Of a stretch of 64,000 nucleotides of DNA, positions 46,101-60,700 are shown one piece after another. The notes under the pieces are model-generated. The model made no database searches and was not told the DNA's origin. It saw only the letters and a list, made by a program, of their open reading frames with translations. The DNA is from Macrostomum lignano (Eukaryota). How positions within the stretch are numbered: the stretch's first letter is position 1; every line of letters begins with the position of its first letter. The stretch is taken from assembly GCA_002269645.1 (NCBI GenBank), contig NIVC01001319.1, positions 197,775 to 261,774 of the forward strand. Reading direction: 5' to 3'. The translations under genes were made by a program, and so were the position numbers.

Positions 46101-49100
46101 CATGGTGGCTCTTAAATGTTTCACATGGTGGCTCTTTAGTTTTTAACATGGTGGCTCTTTGATGTTCTTCATGATATACCTCTTTTATGTTACACATGGT
46201 GGCACTTTAATGTTCGACATGGTGGCTCTTTAATGTTTGACATAAAGTCACATATATTTTTGACATGTGGCTCTTAAATGTTTGACATGGTGGCTCTATA
46301 ATGTTCGACATGGTAGCTCTTTTATGTCCGACATGGTGGCTCTTAAATGTTTGACATGGTGGCTCTTAAATGTTTGACATAGTGGCTCTTAAATGTTTGA
46401 CATGGTGGCTCTTTAATATTCTACATGGTGGCTCTTTTATGTTAGACATGGTGGCTCTTTAATGTTCGACATGGTGGCTTTTTAAGGTTTGAAATGGTAA
46501 CACTTTAATGTTTGACATAAAGTCATATATATGTTTGACATGGTGGCTCCTAAATGTTTGACATTGTGGCTCTTTTATGTTCGACATGGTAGATCTTTTT
46601 TGTTCTACATGGTAACTCTTTTATGTTTGATACGGTCGCTTTTTAATGTCTGACATGTTGGCTCTTTTATGTTTGACATGGTGGCTCATTAATGTTCGAC
46701 AAAGTGGCTCTTTAATGTTTGACATGGTGGCTCTTTAATGTTCAAAATGGTGGCTCTTTAATGTTCAAAAATGGTGGCTCTTTAATGTTCGAAATGGTGG
46801 CTCTTTAATGTTCGAAATGGTGGCTCTTTTATGTTTGACATGGTGGCTCTTTAATGTTCGACATGGTGGCTCTTCTATGTTTGATATGGTAACTCTTTTA
46901 TGTTGGATATGTTGGCTCTTCTATGTTTGACATTGCGCTTCTTTGATTTTTAGCAGTTTTGTTGTGTTTTTAAGGTGTTTTAATCAAAAAAATCTTTTTG
47001 TACTACTAAGATTCGAACCCAGGTTGCTACATTAGCATTCCAGTCTGTTCGCATCAGGGCTATCTCTTTTCAATTGGAGAACATGAATTATGGCCCTTAT
47101 AATTCAATTCTTACAGCAAGTCAATCGGAGTAAAAAGTTATGACATAATAATCAATTTCTCAGTCAGCCAGTATCAGTCTCAATTTAAGTTAGCAATATG
47201 GTTACGCAATTTAAATCAAGTCGTTTGTGCATTTCTTCGGCACTGTTTTCAACTTGTTGTGATGCAATCTTTATCACAATCGGAATTCAGTCGGTCAGTT
47301 TTTTCTCTAGCATTCTTACAATGCATTTCAAGTCGAAAATTTGGCTTGACCTTTGCAAAAAAGCATGTTTTTCGAATATTTAATCCCTTTAACATTGAGC
47401 AATTTCTTAGCCAAGATGCATGTACCGTCCCAGGAAAATTTCTGATCGAATGGTGCAAGTTTGAAGAAAATCGGTTGAGCCAATTTTTCTGAAATCTATC
47501 GCATACCCACATACCCACATACAGACAACTCATTTTTAGTATATAGGAAGGACTAGCAATCTTCGCCCCCCGATGGGGGACATCTAAATAGAATATCTGT
47601 TCTCTAAAAGTAACAAAAAGACAGCGAAATAAAGCTTTCACAAAGACAACAGACATTCCATCTGTAAAGAAAACATCCCCAGTCAGCATGCAAGCATCTC
47701 CCAGATAGCAAGCATCCCCCAAATAGCAAGAATCCCCCAGATAGCAAGCATCCCCAGACAGCATGCAAGCATCTTCCAGATAGCAAGCATCCCCCAAATA
47801 GCAAGAATCCCCCAGATAGCAAGCATCCCCAGACAGCATGCAAGCATCTTCCAGATAGCAAGCATCCCCCAGATAGCAAGCATCCCCAGACAGCATGCAA
47901 GCATCTCCCAGATAGCACGAATCCCCCAGACATAGAAAGCATCCCCAGACAGCACGCAAGCATCCCCCCGATAGCAAGAATCCCCCAGATAGCAAGCATC
48001 CCCAGACAGCATGCAAGCATCCCAGATAGCAAGCATCTCCCAGATAGCAAGAATCGCCCAGATAGCAAGCATCCCCAGACAGCATGCAAGCATCCCCAGA
48101 CAGCATGCAAGCATCCCAGACAGCATGCAACCATCCCCCAGATAGCAAGCATCCCTGGATACAAAGAATCCTTATAGATAGCTAGCAACCCCTCTCAGAT
48201 AGCAAGTAGCCTCCACTCCCCAAGAGCAAGCATCCCCCAATAGCATGTTACCCCAGATAGCAAGCATTCTTCCGATAGCAAGCATCCCTCCCCCAATGGC
48301 AAGCATCACTCAGATAGCAAGCATCCCCTGATAGCAAGTATCCATCCTTAAATAGCAAGCATCCACCAGACATCAAGTAGCTAGTGCAATAATTTCATTA
48401 GCTTTATAGTGGCTCCATTTTGTTTGGCATGACACTTCTTTTTATGTTTGACATGGTGGCTCTTCTATGTTTGACATGGTAGCTCTTTAATGTTTGACAT
48501 GGAGTCACGTATATGTTTGACATAGTGGCTCTTTAATGATTGACATCGTGGTTCTTTAATGTTTGACATGGTGGCTCTTTAATGTTTGACATGGTGTCTC
48601 TGTTATGTTTGACATGGTGGCTCAGTTGTTCGACATGGTGTCTCTTCTATGTTTGACATGGTGGCTCTTTTGTGTTTGACATTGTGGCTCTTTAATGTTT
48701 GACATGGTGGCTCTTCTATGTTTGACATGGTAGCACTTTAATCTTCGACATGATGGCTCTTTAATTTTTGACATTGTGGCTCTTTAATGTTTGATATGGT
48801 GGCTCTTTTATGTTTGACATGGTGGCTCTTTAATGTTTGACATGGAGTAATGTATATGCTTGTCGTGGTGGTTCTTTTATGGTTGACATGGTGGCTTTTT
48901 TATGTTTGACATGGCGGCTCTTTTATGTTCGACATGGTGGCTCAATAATGTTCGACATGGTGGCTCTTTTATGTTTGACATGGTGGCTCTTTTATGTTCG
49001 ACATGGTGGCTCTTTTGTGTTTGACATTGTGGCTCTTTAATGTCTGACATGGTGGCTCAATAATGTTCGACATGGTGGCTCTTTTATGTTTGACATGCTG

Positions 49101-51301
49101 GCTCTTTAGTGTTTGACATGCTGGCTCTTTAATGTTTGACATGGTGGCTCTTTAATGTTTGGCATGGTGGATCTTTAATGTTTGACATGGAGTAATGTAT
49201 ATGCTTGACGTGGTGGTTCTTTTATGGTTGACATGGTGGCTTTTTATGTTTGACATGGCGGCTCTTTTATGTTTGGCATGGTGGCTCTTTTATGTTCGAC
49301 ATGGTGGCTCTTTAATGTTTGACATGGTAGTTCTTTTATGTTTGATATGGTGGCTCTTTTATGTTTGGCATGGTGGCTCTTTAATGTTAGACATGGTGGC
49401 TCAATAATGTTCGACATGGTGGCTCTTTTATGTTCGACATGCTGGCTCTTTAATGTTTGACATGGTGGCTCTTTAATGTTTGGCATGGTGGCTCTTTAAT
49501 GTTAGACATAATGGCTCAATAATGCTCGACATGGTGGCTCTTTTATGTTCGACATGCTGGCTCTTTAATGTTTGACATGGTGGCTCTTTAATGTTTGGCA
49601 TGGTGGCTCTTTAATGTTAGACATGGTGGCTCAATAATGCTCGACATGGTGGCTCTTTTATGTTCGACATGCTGGCTCTTTAATGTTTGACATGGTGGCT
49701 CTTTAATGTTTGGCATGGTGGCTCTTTAATGTTTGACATGGTGGCTCTTTTATGTTTGACATGGAGTAATGTATATGCTTGACGTGGTGGTTCTTTTATG
49801 GTTGACATGGTGGCTCTTTTATGTTCAACATGGTGGCTCTTTTATGTTTGGCATGGTGGCTCTTTAATGTTTGGGATGGTGGCTCTTTAATATTTGACAT
49901 GGTGGCCCTTTTATGTTCGACATGGTGGCTCTTCAATGTTTGACATGGTACCTCTTTTATGTTCGACATAGTGGCTCTTTAATGTTTTACATGGTGGCTC
50001 TTTATTGTTTGACATGGTGACTCTTTTATGTTCTTCATGGTAGATCTTTTATGTTTGACATGGTGGCTCTTTAATGTTCGACATGGTGGCTCTTTAATGT
50101 TTGACATGGTGGCTCTTTACTTTTCGAAATGGTGGCTCTGTTTTATGTTTGACCTGGTGGCTCTTTAATGTTCGACATGGTGGCTCTTTAATGTTTTTAT
50201 TGGTGTCTGTTTTATGTTTGACATGGTGGCTCTTTAATGTTTGACATGGTAGTTCTTTTATGTTTGATATGGTGGCTCCTTTATGTTCGACATAGTGGCT
50301 CTTTAATGTTCAACATGGTGGCTCTTTTAGGTTTGAAATGGTGGCTCTTTTGTGTTTGACATTGTGGCTCTTTAATGTTTGACATGGTGGCTCTTCTATG
50401 TTTGACATGGTAGCACTTTAATCTTCGACATGGTGGCTCTTTAATTTTTGACATTGTGGCTCTTTAATGTTTGATATGGTGGCTCTTTTATGTTTGACAT
50501 TGTGGCTCTTTAATGTTTGACATGGTAGTTCTTTTATGTTTGATATGGTGGCTCCTTTATGTTTGACATGTTGGCTCTTTTTGTTTGGCATGGTGGCTCT
50601 TTTATGTTCGACATGGTGGCTCAATGATGTTCGACATGGTGGCTCTTTTATGTTTGACATGGTGGCTCTTTTATGTTCGACATGTTGGCTCTTTTATGTT
50701 TGGCATGGTGGCTCTTTAATGTCTGACATGGTGGCTCAATAATATTCGACATGGTGGCTCTTTTATGTTTGACATGCTGGCTCTTTAGTGTTTGACATGC
50801 TGGCTCTTTAATGTTTGACATGGTGGCACTTTTATGTTTGACCTGGTGGCTCTTTACTGTTTGACCTGGACTCACATATATGTTTGACATGGTGGCTCTT
50901 TTATGTTTGATATGGTGTCTTTTTTATGTTTTACATGGTGGCTCTTTAATGTTAGACATGGTGGCTCTTTAATGTTCGACATGGTGGCTCTTTAATGTTC
51001 GACATGGTGGCTCTTTAATGTTTGACATGGTGGCTCTTTAATGTTTGACATTGTGCTTTTTTGTGTTTAGCATTTGTGTTTTTAAGGTTTTTGAATAAAA
51101 AAATCTTTTTGCACTACTAAGATTCGAACCCAGGTCGCTGCATTAGCAGTCCAGTCTGTTCGCATCTATGCTATCTCTTGTCAATTGGAGTACGTTAATT
51201 GTGGCCCTTATAATTAAATTCTTATAGCAAATCGGTTGAGCCATTTTTTCTGAAATCTATCGCATAGCTAGTTACAGACATTTCATTTTTAGTATATAGG
51301 A

Positions 51302-51655
51302 TTAGCTAATTAGAGCTGGCTGCCACCAGCCAGAATAATTTTTTTATTGCCCCCCCCTTTAAGTGGGGCCCAGTGAGTTTCTTATCAGTTGGCTCTGGCG
51401 CAATCAATTAAAATTAGCTGTGATGTTTCTCGCTGATAAAATTTGCATTTACAGACATTTCATTTTTAGTATATAGGATTAGCTAATTAGAGCTGGCTGC
51501 CACCAGCCAGAATAATTTTTTTATTGCCCCCCCCTTTAAGTGGGGCCCAGTGAGTTTCTTATCAGTTGGCTCTGGCGCAATCAATTAAAATTAGCTGTGA
51601 AGTTTCTCGCTGATAAAATTTGCATTTACAGACATTTCATTTTTAGTATATAGGA
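51302..51655 (-). mobile_element. Two 177-bp minimal Helitrons (51302-51478, 51479-51655) plus a third 3' end
   Basis: Each has a TC...ctaaaaatg 5' end and a CTGGCT/AGCCAG hairpin ~10 bp before CTAA. Confidence 0.75.
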
Positions 51656-54023
51656 TTAGCTAATTAGAGCTGGCTGCCAGCAGCCAGAATAATTTTTTTA
51701 TTGCCCCCCCCCTTTAAGTGGGGCCCAGTGAGTTTCTTATCAGTTGGCTCTGGCGCAATCAATTAAAATTAGCTGTGATGTTTCTCGCTGATAAAATTTG
51801 CATTGAAAAAGGCCATTTAAAACAGTTTTTCGAATATTTAATCCCTTTAGCATTGAAGCAGATACAAGGAATTTTAACCATACAATCCCAGGCTGATTAC
51901 AAATCTTTTGGCGAAAACGCGATGAAAATCGGTGAAGAATTGCAATCTCTAGAGCGTTATGGACAAGCAAGCATACAAAATGTTCGACAGGGTGGCTCTT
52001 TAATGTTTGACATGGTGGCTCTTTAATGTTCGACATGGTGGCTCTTTAATGTTCGACATGGTGGCTCTTTAATGTTCGACAGGGTGGCTCTTTAATGTTT
52101 GACATGGTGGCTCTTTAATGTTCAACATGGTGGCTCTTTAATGTTTGACATGGTGGCTTTTTAATGTTCGACAGGGTGGCTCTTTAATGTTTGACATGGT
52201 GGCTCTTTAATGTTCGACATGGTGGCTCTTTAATGTTCGACATGGTGGCTCTTTAATGTTCGACAGGGTGGCTCTTTAATGTTTGACATGGTGGCTCTTT
52301 AATGTTCAACATGGTGGCTCTTTAATGTTTGACATGGTGGCTTTTTAATGTTCGACATGGTGGCTCTTTAATGCTCGACGTTGTGGCTGTTTAATGTTCT
52401 ACATTGTGGCTCTTTAATTTTCTACATTGTTGCTCCTTAATGTTTGACATGGTGGCTCTTTAATGTTCTACATGGTGGTTCTTTAATGTTCTACATTGTG
52501 GCTCTTTAATATTTGACATGGTGGCTCTTTAATGTTCAACATGGTGGCTCTTTATTGTTTGACATGATGGCTCTTTAATGTTCGACATGGTGGCTCCTAA
52601 ATGTTAGACATGGTGGCTCTTTAATGTTCGACATGGTGGCTCTTTATTGTTCTAAATTGTGGCTCTTTAATGTTCGACATAGTGGCTCTTTAACGTTCGA
52701 CAGGGTGGCTCTTTAATGTTTGACATGGAGTCACGTATGTGTTAGACATGGAGTCATGTATATATTTGGCATGGAGTCACATATATGCTTTACATGGTGG
52801 CTCTTTAATGTTTGACATAGTGGCTCTTTAATGTTTGACATAGTGGCTTTTTAATGTTTGACATGATGGCTCTTTAATGTTCGACATGGTGGCTGTTTAA
52901 TGTTTGTTATGGAGTCATATGTATATGTTTTACATGGTGGCTCTTTTATGTGTGACATGGAGTCACGTATATATTTGACATGGAGTCACTTATATGTTTG
53001 ACATGGTGGCTCTTTAGTGTTCGATATGGTGGCTCTTTAATGTTTGACATGGTGGCTCTTTAATGTTTGACATAGTGGCTTTTAATTTTTTACTTGGTGG
53101 CTCTTTAATGTTTGACATGGAGTCACGTATGTGTTTGACATGGAGTCACGTATATCGTATTTGGCATGGAGTCACGTAAATGCTTTACATGGTGGCTCTT
53201 TATGTTCGACAAAGAGTCATAAGTATATGTTTTACATCGTGGCTCTTTTTTGTTTGACATGGAGTCACGTATATGTTTGACATGGAGTCACATATATGCT
53301 TTACATGGTGGCTCTTTAATGTTTGACATGTTGGCTCTTTAATGTTTGACATTGTGGCTCTTTTATGCTTGACATGGTGGCTCTTTTATGCTTGACATGG
53401 TGGCTCTTTAATGTTCGACATGGTGGCTCTTTAATGTTCAACATGGTGGCTCTTCTATGTTTGACATTGTGCTTCTTTTATGTTTAGCAGTTTTGTGTTT
53501 TTAATGTTTTAATAAAAAAATATTTTTGCACTACTAAGATTCGAACCCAGGTCACTACATTAGCATCCCAGTCTGTTCGCATCTGGGCTATCTCTTTTCA
53601 TTTGGAGAACATGAATTGTGGCCCTTATAATTCAATTCTTACAGCAAGTCAATTGGAGTAGAAAGTTATGACATAATCAATTTCTCAGTCAGCCAGTATC
53701 AGTCTCAATTTAAGTTAGCAATATAGTTACGCAATTTTAATCAAGTCGGGTGTGCATTTCATCGACACTGTTTTCAACTTGTTGTGATGCAATCTTTATC
53801 ACAATCGGAATTGAGCCAGTCAGTTTTTTCTCTAGCATTCTTACAATGCATTTCAGGTCGAAAGAGCTGCTTGACCTTTGCAAAAAAGCATGTTTTTCGA
53901 ATATTTAATCCCTTTAAAATTGAGCAATTTCTTAGCCAGGATGCATGTACCGTCCCAGGAAAATTTCTGATCGAATGGTGCAAGTTTGAAGAAAATCGGT
54001 TGAGCAATTTTTAGTATATAGGA

Positions 54024-54350
54024 AGTAAAAGAGATTCTTAGAATACAAAGTAGAAGACATTCTTAGAATACAGCAAAGTAGAAAAGATTCTTAGAATACA
54101 AAGTAGAAGACATTCTTACAATACAAATTAGAAGAGATTCTGAGAATAGAAAGTAGAAGACATTCTTAGAATACAAAGTAGAAGTCATTCTTAGAATACA
54201 AAGTAGAAGAGATTCTTAGAATGCAAAAGTAGAAAAGATTCTTAGAATACAAAGTAGAAGAGATTCTTAGAATACAAAGTAGAATTAATTCTAAGAATGC
54301 GAAGTACAAGAGATTCTTAGAATGCAAAAGTAGAAAAGATTCTTAGAATA
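54024..54350 (+). repeat. ~25-bp satellite (AGAAGAGATTCTTAGAATACAAAGT)
   Basis: Tandem units. Confidence 0.9.
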
Positions 54351-54799
54351 GATTTATATAATTCAACACTCACACCAAGTCTATTGAGTTAAAGTCACAT
54401 GAAACAGTTATGGCATAATCAATTTCTTAGGCAAGTCAGTACCAGTCTCTATTAAAGTTAGCAATATGGTTATGCAATATAAATCAAGTGTTGTGTTATG
54501 CTTCCAAACTGCGTTTTCAATACTGTGACGCAATTCAAGTTGGAGTTACAATTCAGTTATGATGCAATCTATTTCAGAATCAGAATTCAACCAGTCAGTT
54601 TTTTTCTCTAGCATTCTTACAATGCATTTCAAGTCGGAAAGTTTGCTTGACCTTTGCAAAAAAGCATGTTTTTCGAATATTTAATCCCTTTAACATGGAG
54701 AAATTTCTTAGCCAAGATGCATGTACCGTCACAGGAAAATTTCTGATCGAACAGTGCAAGTTCGAAGAAAATCGGTCCAGCCATTTTTGCTAAAATCGA

Positions 54800-54845
<46 letters not shown>
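54800..54845 (+). repeat. (CA)n microsatellite near a Helitron 5' end; another at ~61929-61978
   Basis: Directly visible. Confidence 0.95.
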
Positions 54846-54849
<4 letters not shown>

Positions 54850-55644
54850 CGACAGACCATTTTTAGTGTATGGACTAGCAATCTAGTGCGGCCCCCCTTC
54901 GGGGCGCCCAATAAGCACGGAGCAAAAATAGTTAATTGAAAACAATTAAAAAAGCACATTTTCTTAAACACCAATTCCTTCTTAACTTTTAAAAATCACC
55001 TTTTTCATGTAAAATTGTCACGGACAATGATATTTGCTATGAATCTATTTTTTTCTAAAATTAACAAATCTAAAACAAAATATAACTTTCACAAAGATAA
55101 TAGACATTACCCCTAAATAGAAAATATTCCAAAGACAGCAAGCATCCCTCCAGATAGCAAGCACCCCCTCCAAAAGTAAGCAACCGCAGATAGCAAGCAT
55201 CCCCTAATACTCGTAGCAAGCATCCACCTAGATAGCGAGCATCCTGCAGACAGCAAGCATTTCCCAAATATTGTAGAATAATCCATCCAGATAGCAAGCA
55301 TCCCCCAAATATTGTAGAAGCATCCACCCAGATAGCAAGCATCCCCCAAATATTGTAGAAGCATCCACCCAGATAACAAGCATCTGCAGATAGCAAGCAT
55401 CCCCCAAATATTGTAGAAGCATCCAGCTAGATAGCAAGCATCCCCAAATATTGTAGAAGCATCCACCCAGACAGCAAGCATCCACCCAGACAGCAAGCAT
55501 CCTGCAGATACCAAGCACCCCCCAGATATTGTAGAAGCATCCACCCAGACAGCAAGCATCCCCCAGATAGCAAGCATTCACCCAGTTAGCAAGAATCCAT
55601 AAAAAGCAAACATCCCTAGATAGAAAGAATCCCATACATGTAGC

Positions 55645-57785
55645 CAAGCTTATCAAGCGCAGTAATCCTTTGTTTGCCAAGCGCAGTAATCCTTGGTTTA
55701 TCAAGTGCAGTAAGCCTTGGTCTATCAAGTGCAGTAATCGTTGGTCTATCAGGTGCAGAAATAATTGGTTTATCAAGTGCAGTAATTCTTGGTATATAAA
55801 CTGCAGTAATCCTTGGTTTATCAAGTGCAGTAAGTCTTGGTTTATCAAGTGCAGAAATCTTTGACTTATCAAGCGAAGTCATCTTTGGCTTATCAAGTGC
55901 AGTAATCCTTCCTTTATCAAGTGCAGAAATCCTTGGTTAATCAAGTACAGTAAGCCTTGGTCTAACAAGTGCAGTAAGTCTTGGTTTATCAAGTGCAGTA
56001 ATCCTTGGTTTATCAAGTGCAGTAACTCTTGGTTAATCAAGTGCAGTAATCACTGGTTTATCAAGTGCAGTAATCACTGGTTTATCAAGTGCAGTAATCC
56101 TTGGCTTATCAAGTGCAGTAAGTTCTGGCCTATCGAATGCAGAAATTCTTAGTTTATCAAGTGCAGTAAGTCTTGGTTTATCAAGTGCAGTAATCCTTGG
56201 CTTATCATGTGCAGTATATCTTGGTTTATCAAGTGCAATAATCCTTGGCTTATCAAGTGCAGTAATCCTTTGTTTATCAAGTGCAGTAATCCTTGGTTTA
56301 TCAAGTGCAGTAAGTTCTGGTCTATCACGTGCAATAATCCTTCGCTTATCAAGTGCAAAATTCATTGGTTTATCAAGTGCAATAATCCTTGGTTTATCAA
56401 GTGCAGTAATCCTTGGTTTATAAAGTGCCGTAAGTCTTGGTTTATCCAGTGAAGTAATCATTAGTTTATCAAGTGCAATAAGTCTTGGTTTATCAAGTGC
56501 AGAAATCCTTGGCTTATCAAGTGCAGTAATCCTTGGTTTATCAAGTGCAGTAATCCTTGGTTTATCAAGTGCAGTAAGTTCTGGTCTATCAAGTGCAATA
56601 ATCCTTCGCTTATCAAGTGCAATAATCCTTGGTTTATCAAGCGCAGTAGTCCTTGGTTTATCAAGCGCAGTAATCGTTGGCTTATCGAGCGCAATAATCC
56701 TTGGTTTATCAAGTGCAATAATCCTTGGTTTATCAAGCGCAGTAATCTTTGGCTTATCAAGTGCAATAATCCTTGGTTTATCAAGTGCAGTAAGGGGGTT
56801 TATCAAGTGCAGTAAGTTCTGGTCTATCAAGTGCAATAATCCTTGGTTTATCAAGTGCAATAATCCTTGGTTTATCAAGCGCAGTAATCTTTGGCTTATC
56901 AAGTGCAATAATCCTTGGTTTATCAAGCGCAGTAGTCCTTGGTTTATCAAGCGCAGTAATCGTTGGCTTATCGAGCGCAGTAATCCTTGGTTTATCAAGT
57001 GCAATAATCCTTGGTTTATCAAGCGCAGTAATCTTTGGCTTATCAAGTGCAATAATCCTTGGTTTATCAAGTGCAGTAAGGGGGTTTATCAAGTGCAGTA
57101 AGTTCTGGTCTATCAAGTGCAATAATCCTTGGTCTATCAAGTGCAATGATCCTTGGTTTATCAAGCGCAGTAATCCTTGGCTTATCGAGCGCAATAATCC
57201 TTGGTTTATCAAGCGCAGTAATCTTTGGCTTATCAAGTGCAATAATCCTTGGTTTATCAAGCGCAGTAATCTTTGGCTTATCAAGTGCAATAATCCTTGG
57301 TTTATCAAGTGCAGTAAGGGGGTTTATCAAGTGCAGTAAGTTCTGGTCTATCAAGTGCAATAATCCTTGGCTTATCAAGTGCAGTCAGTCTTGGTTTATC
57401 AAGTGCAGTAATCCTTGGCTTATCAAGTGCAATAATCCTTGGTTTATCAAGCGCAGTAATCCTTGGCTTATCGAGTGCAATAATCCTTGGTTTATCAAGC
57501 GCAGTAATCTTTGGCTTATCGAGTGCAATAATCCTTGGCTTATCAAGTGCAATAATCCTTGGCTTATCAAGTGCAATAATCCTTGGCTTATCAAGTGCAA
57601 TAATCCTTGGTTTATCAAATGCAGTAATCCTTGGCCTATCAAGTGCAATAATCCTTGGTTTATCAAGTGCAATAATCCTTGGTTTATCAAGTGCAATAAT
57701 CCTTGGTTTATCAAGTGCAGTAATCCTTGGCCTATCAAGTGCAATAATCCTTGGTTTATCAAGTGCAATAATCCTTGGTTTACAA
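55645..57785 (+). repeat. 24-bp satellite (AATCCTTGGTTTATCAAGTGCAGT); 48-bp dimeric version at ~60833-61338 and 62655-63752
   Basis: Tandem units. A period divisible by 3 produces the long ALDKPRIT-type ORFs. Confidence 0.95.
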
Positions 57786-60700
57786 TCCATAACCTAGGTC
57801 TTTTTAATTAGTTTTTTAATAAAAGCTTTCAATAAAAAATTTATGCTACTTTTATTCTTTTATACACTACTAAGATTCGAACCCAGGTAGCTGCATTAGC
57901 AGTCCAGTTTGTTTACATCTAGGCTAGCTCTTATTGAAATTATAAATGAATTTGTAGCACTTATAATTCAACACTCACACCAAGTCAATTGAGTAAAAGT
58001 TACACGAGGCAGTTATGACATAATCAATTTTTTAGGCGAGTCAGTACCAGTGTCTATGAAAGTTAACAATATGGTTACGTAATATAAATTCAGTACTACG
58101 CTATGCTTTCACACTCAAAGCTGTGACGCAATTCAATTGAGTGTCAAATTCAGCCAGTACACAGACGATAAATAAAGTGTATTGTGATGCAATCTATTTC
58201 AGAATCAGAATTCAACCAGTCAGTTTTTCTGCTAGCATTCTTACAATGCATTTCAAGTCGAAAGAGCTGCTTGACCTTTGCAAAAAAGCATGTTTTTCGA
58301 ATATTTAATCCCTTTAGCATCGAGCAATTTCTTAGCAACGATGCATGTACCGTCACGGAAAAATTTCTGATCCAATGGTGCAAATTCGAAGAAAATCGGT
58401 TGAGCCGTTTTTGCTAAAATCGATCACACACATACCGACAGACCATTTTTAGTATATGGACTAGCAGTCTAGCGCCCCCCTTCGGGGTGGCCAATAAGCA
58501 AGGGACGAATCCTTTAAAATAAAAAGAATTCTTAGGGAGGGGGCTAGGAATCGAATTCTCATTTTAATTCTGGCCCTGGGGCTTATGTACCAATAAAACA
58601 TGCTTGTGTAGAATTTAAAAAAACTGACAATTCAACCTACTTGCCTTCTTTCAGAGCAATAGCGTACTACTTCTGTTGCGGTGCAAGCAGTACGCTCTGC
58701 AACGGCTGGAAAAGCAACTACAGCTAAAAAAAATTTGTTTCCCAAAGGCCAAAGGCAACAGTTGCCTATCATGCAGGGAGTCACTGGCGTTGCACCAATT
58801 TTAATGATGTCTGCTGTTAACTGTTTTAACGGTTACAGACAAAAACATTGTGTCGACAATGTTATTGTATTTGGAGCCAGTGTGGTTATTTGATAGTGGA
58901 TATTGCCTAGTACAATGACGTATAATTAATTGGTTTGACTTGTTAAAAGTATTGTTTCCGTAATTTAGATTTTGTACTTTTGTACTTTTAAAATTGCGAC
59001 TCAAATACCAATATTTTCCCACAGCCTAATTTCCTTTTAGCTACAGTTCTTTTTTGCAGTTTGCATGTGCTCCTAACCCTTTTCATCTTTATTCTCTCAT
59101 ACGGTAATTAAAACGCAATTTTATTTTAAGTCACTCGCCACTCAACTCTAGTAAGTTATTTTACGACTTTGGTTTGACCCATTTTGCAAATCATGCATAC
59201 AACTTTGAAATACATGGATTCACAGCTCTGGTTAACTGATGCAATATATCTGTGCGACTCCTACACTAAATTTTTCATCGACATATTCAACTCCACTTGA
59301 TTAATTCCTTAACTGCGAAACAAGTGTGTGATTAATGTATAGATTTTTAACGTAATAAAAACGAACCTGTGCTTGGGCCGCTTTCACTCTCATTACCCCA
59401 GATAATAGGGAATAGGGGGCATAAGCCAGTGTACTTAGCATGTACTGCGCTTTGGAAAAAATTCGACATCGTTGGCGCCCCAGTAAAGAGGCTTGTTAAA
59501 AAATTCTCAACCAAACTTTTCTAGCTGCCTGACAAGACTGTACTATCATATACGCCTACCCATTCCCCAGGGGGACACGCCAGTGTACTTAGCAACGTAC
59601 AGTGTCGGAATAACTTCTTCATTTGCGCCGGTGGAGAGGGGCGCAGTCAGTCATTAGCGGAAACAAGTACAACAAAGTATATACTACGCTCATAACTACA
59701 TATACTTAAAGTACATGTAAAACACTGCAACCTGCAGCTACCATATTGATCACACACCCAGACCTGTACATTTGAAGCAATCTAACTAACAAAAAATCAG
59801 AATGGCTGACAATAAATATTTTAGTATATAAAATTTTCATTCTTCTTTACAGTCACAAATTAGGGAGCAGTCTCCCATTAATTAGTACTCAATAATCCTT
59901 TCCTCTGCGTATTCAGACGAAAACAAGAAAAACTCTGCACTGTAATGTTAATAGCAAATTTAAAAACGCAATCGAATGCAAGTAGTCATTTTATTTACTC
60001 CGTATATTTACAATTGCAAAGTCATAAAAGGATAAGAACTAAGATGTTTTTGCAGAAGGCTTCGCCAACAAGATGGTACCATTGCACAAATTCTGTTACG
60101 AATTTTTCATTGGTGTCAATCTTACCACTTGTTGGCTTGCTTAAGTCTGCACAGCTGGACAGAGGCATTCACTTGGGGCATGTAAATTTCAGGCATTACT
60201 AATGAGCATGTAAGAACAGTTTGCAACCCTCCTCTTTTTGCAACCAGGCTTGGGACTGGCTTCGGCAGAGTTAAAGCCATCACAACAGACTATCTGGGGT
60301 TTGCAAAGGCTGCTTCAACCCCCTCTGGCTGCATTTGCATGTACGAGGGCCATTCCAAAAGTTCATGCAATCAGAAAATTTCTCCCACCACAAAAAGCTG
60401 CCAATTTGAGCTTCTCTCACCGCAATACCAGACTCTCTGGCCGAACCCCTCAGCAGAATATGGACAGGATTCTTACTGAACTATCAAGACTGTCTCTGGC
60501 TCAACCCCTCAATCAGAAAATCAATCGAATTTTCCTATCGCTTTGGGACAGGACTCTTATTGAGCTTTTATCATCCAACTATTACGACTTTCTCCGGCTC
60601 AACCCACAATCAGAACATTATTTGATTGAATTTCCATATCGCCTGGAAAATGAGTCTAATAATTTCACAAATTAGTAGAATTCAAATTCTATTCTAACGG

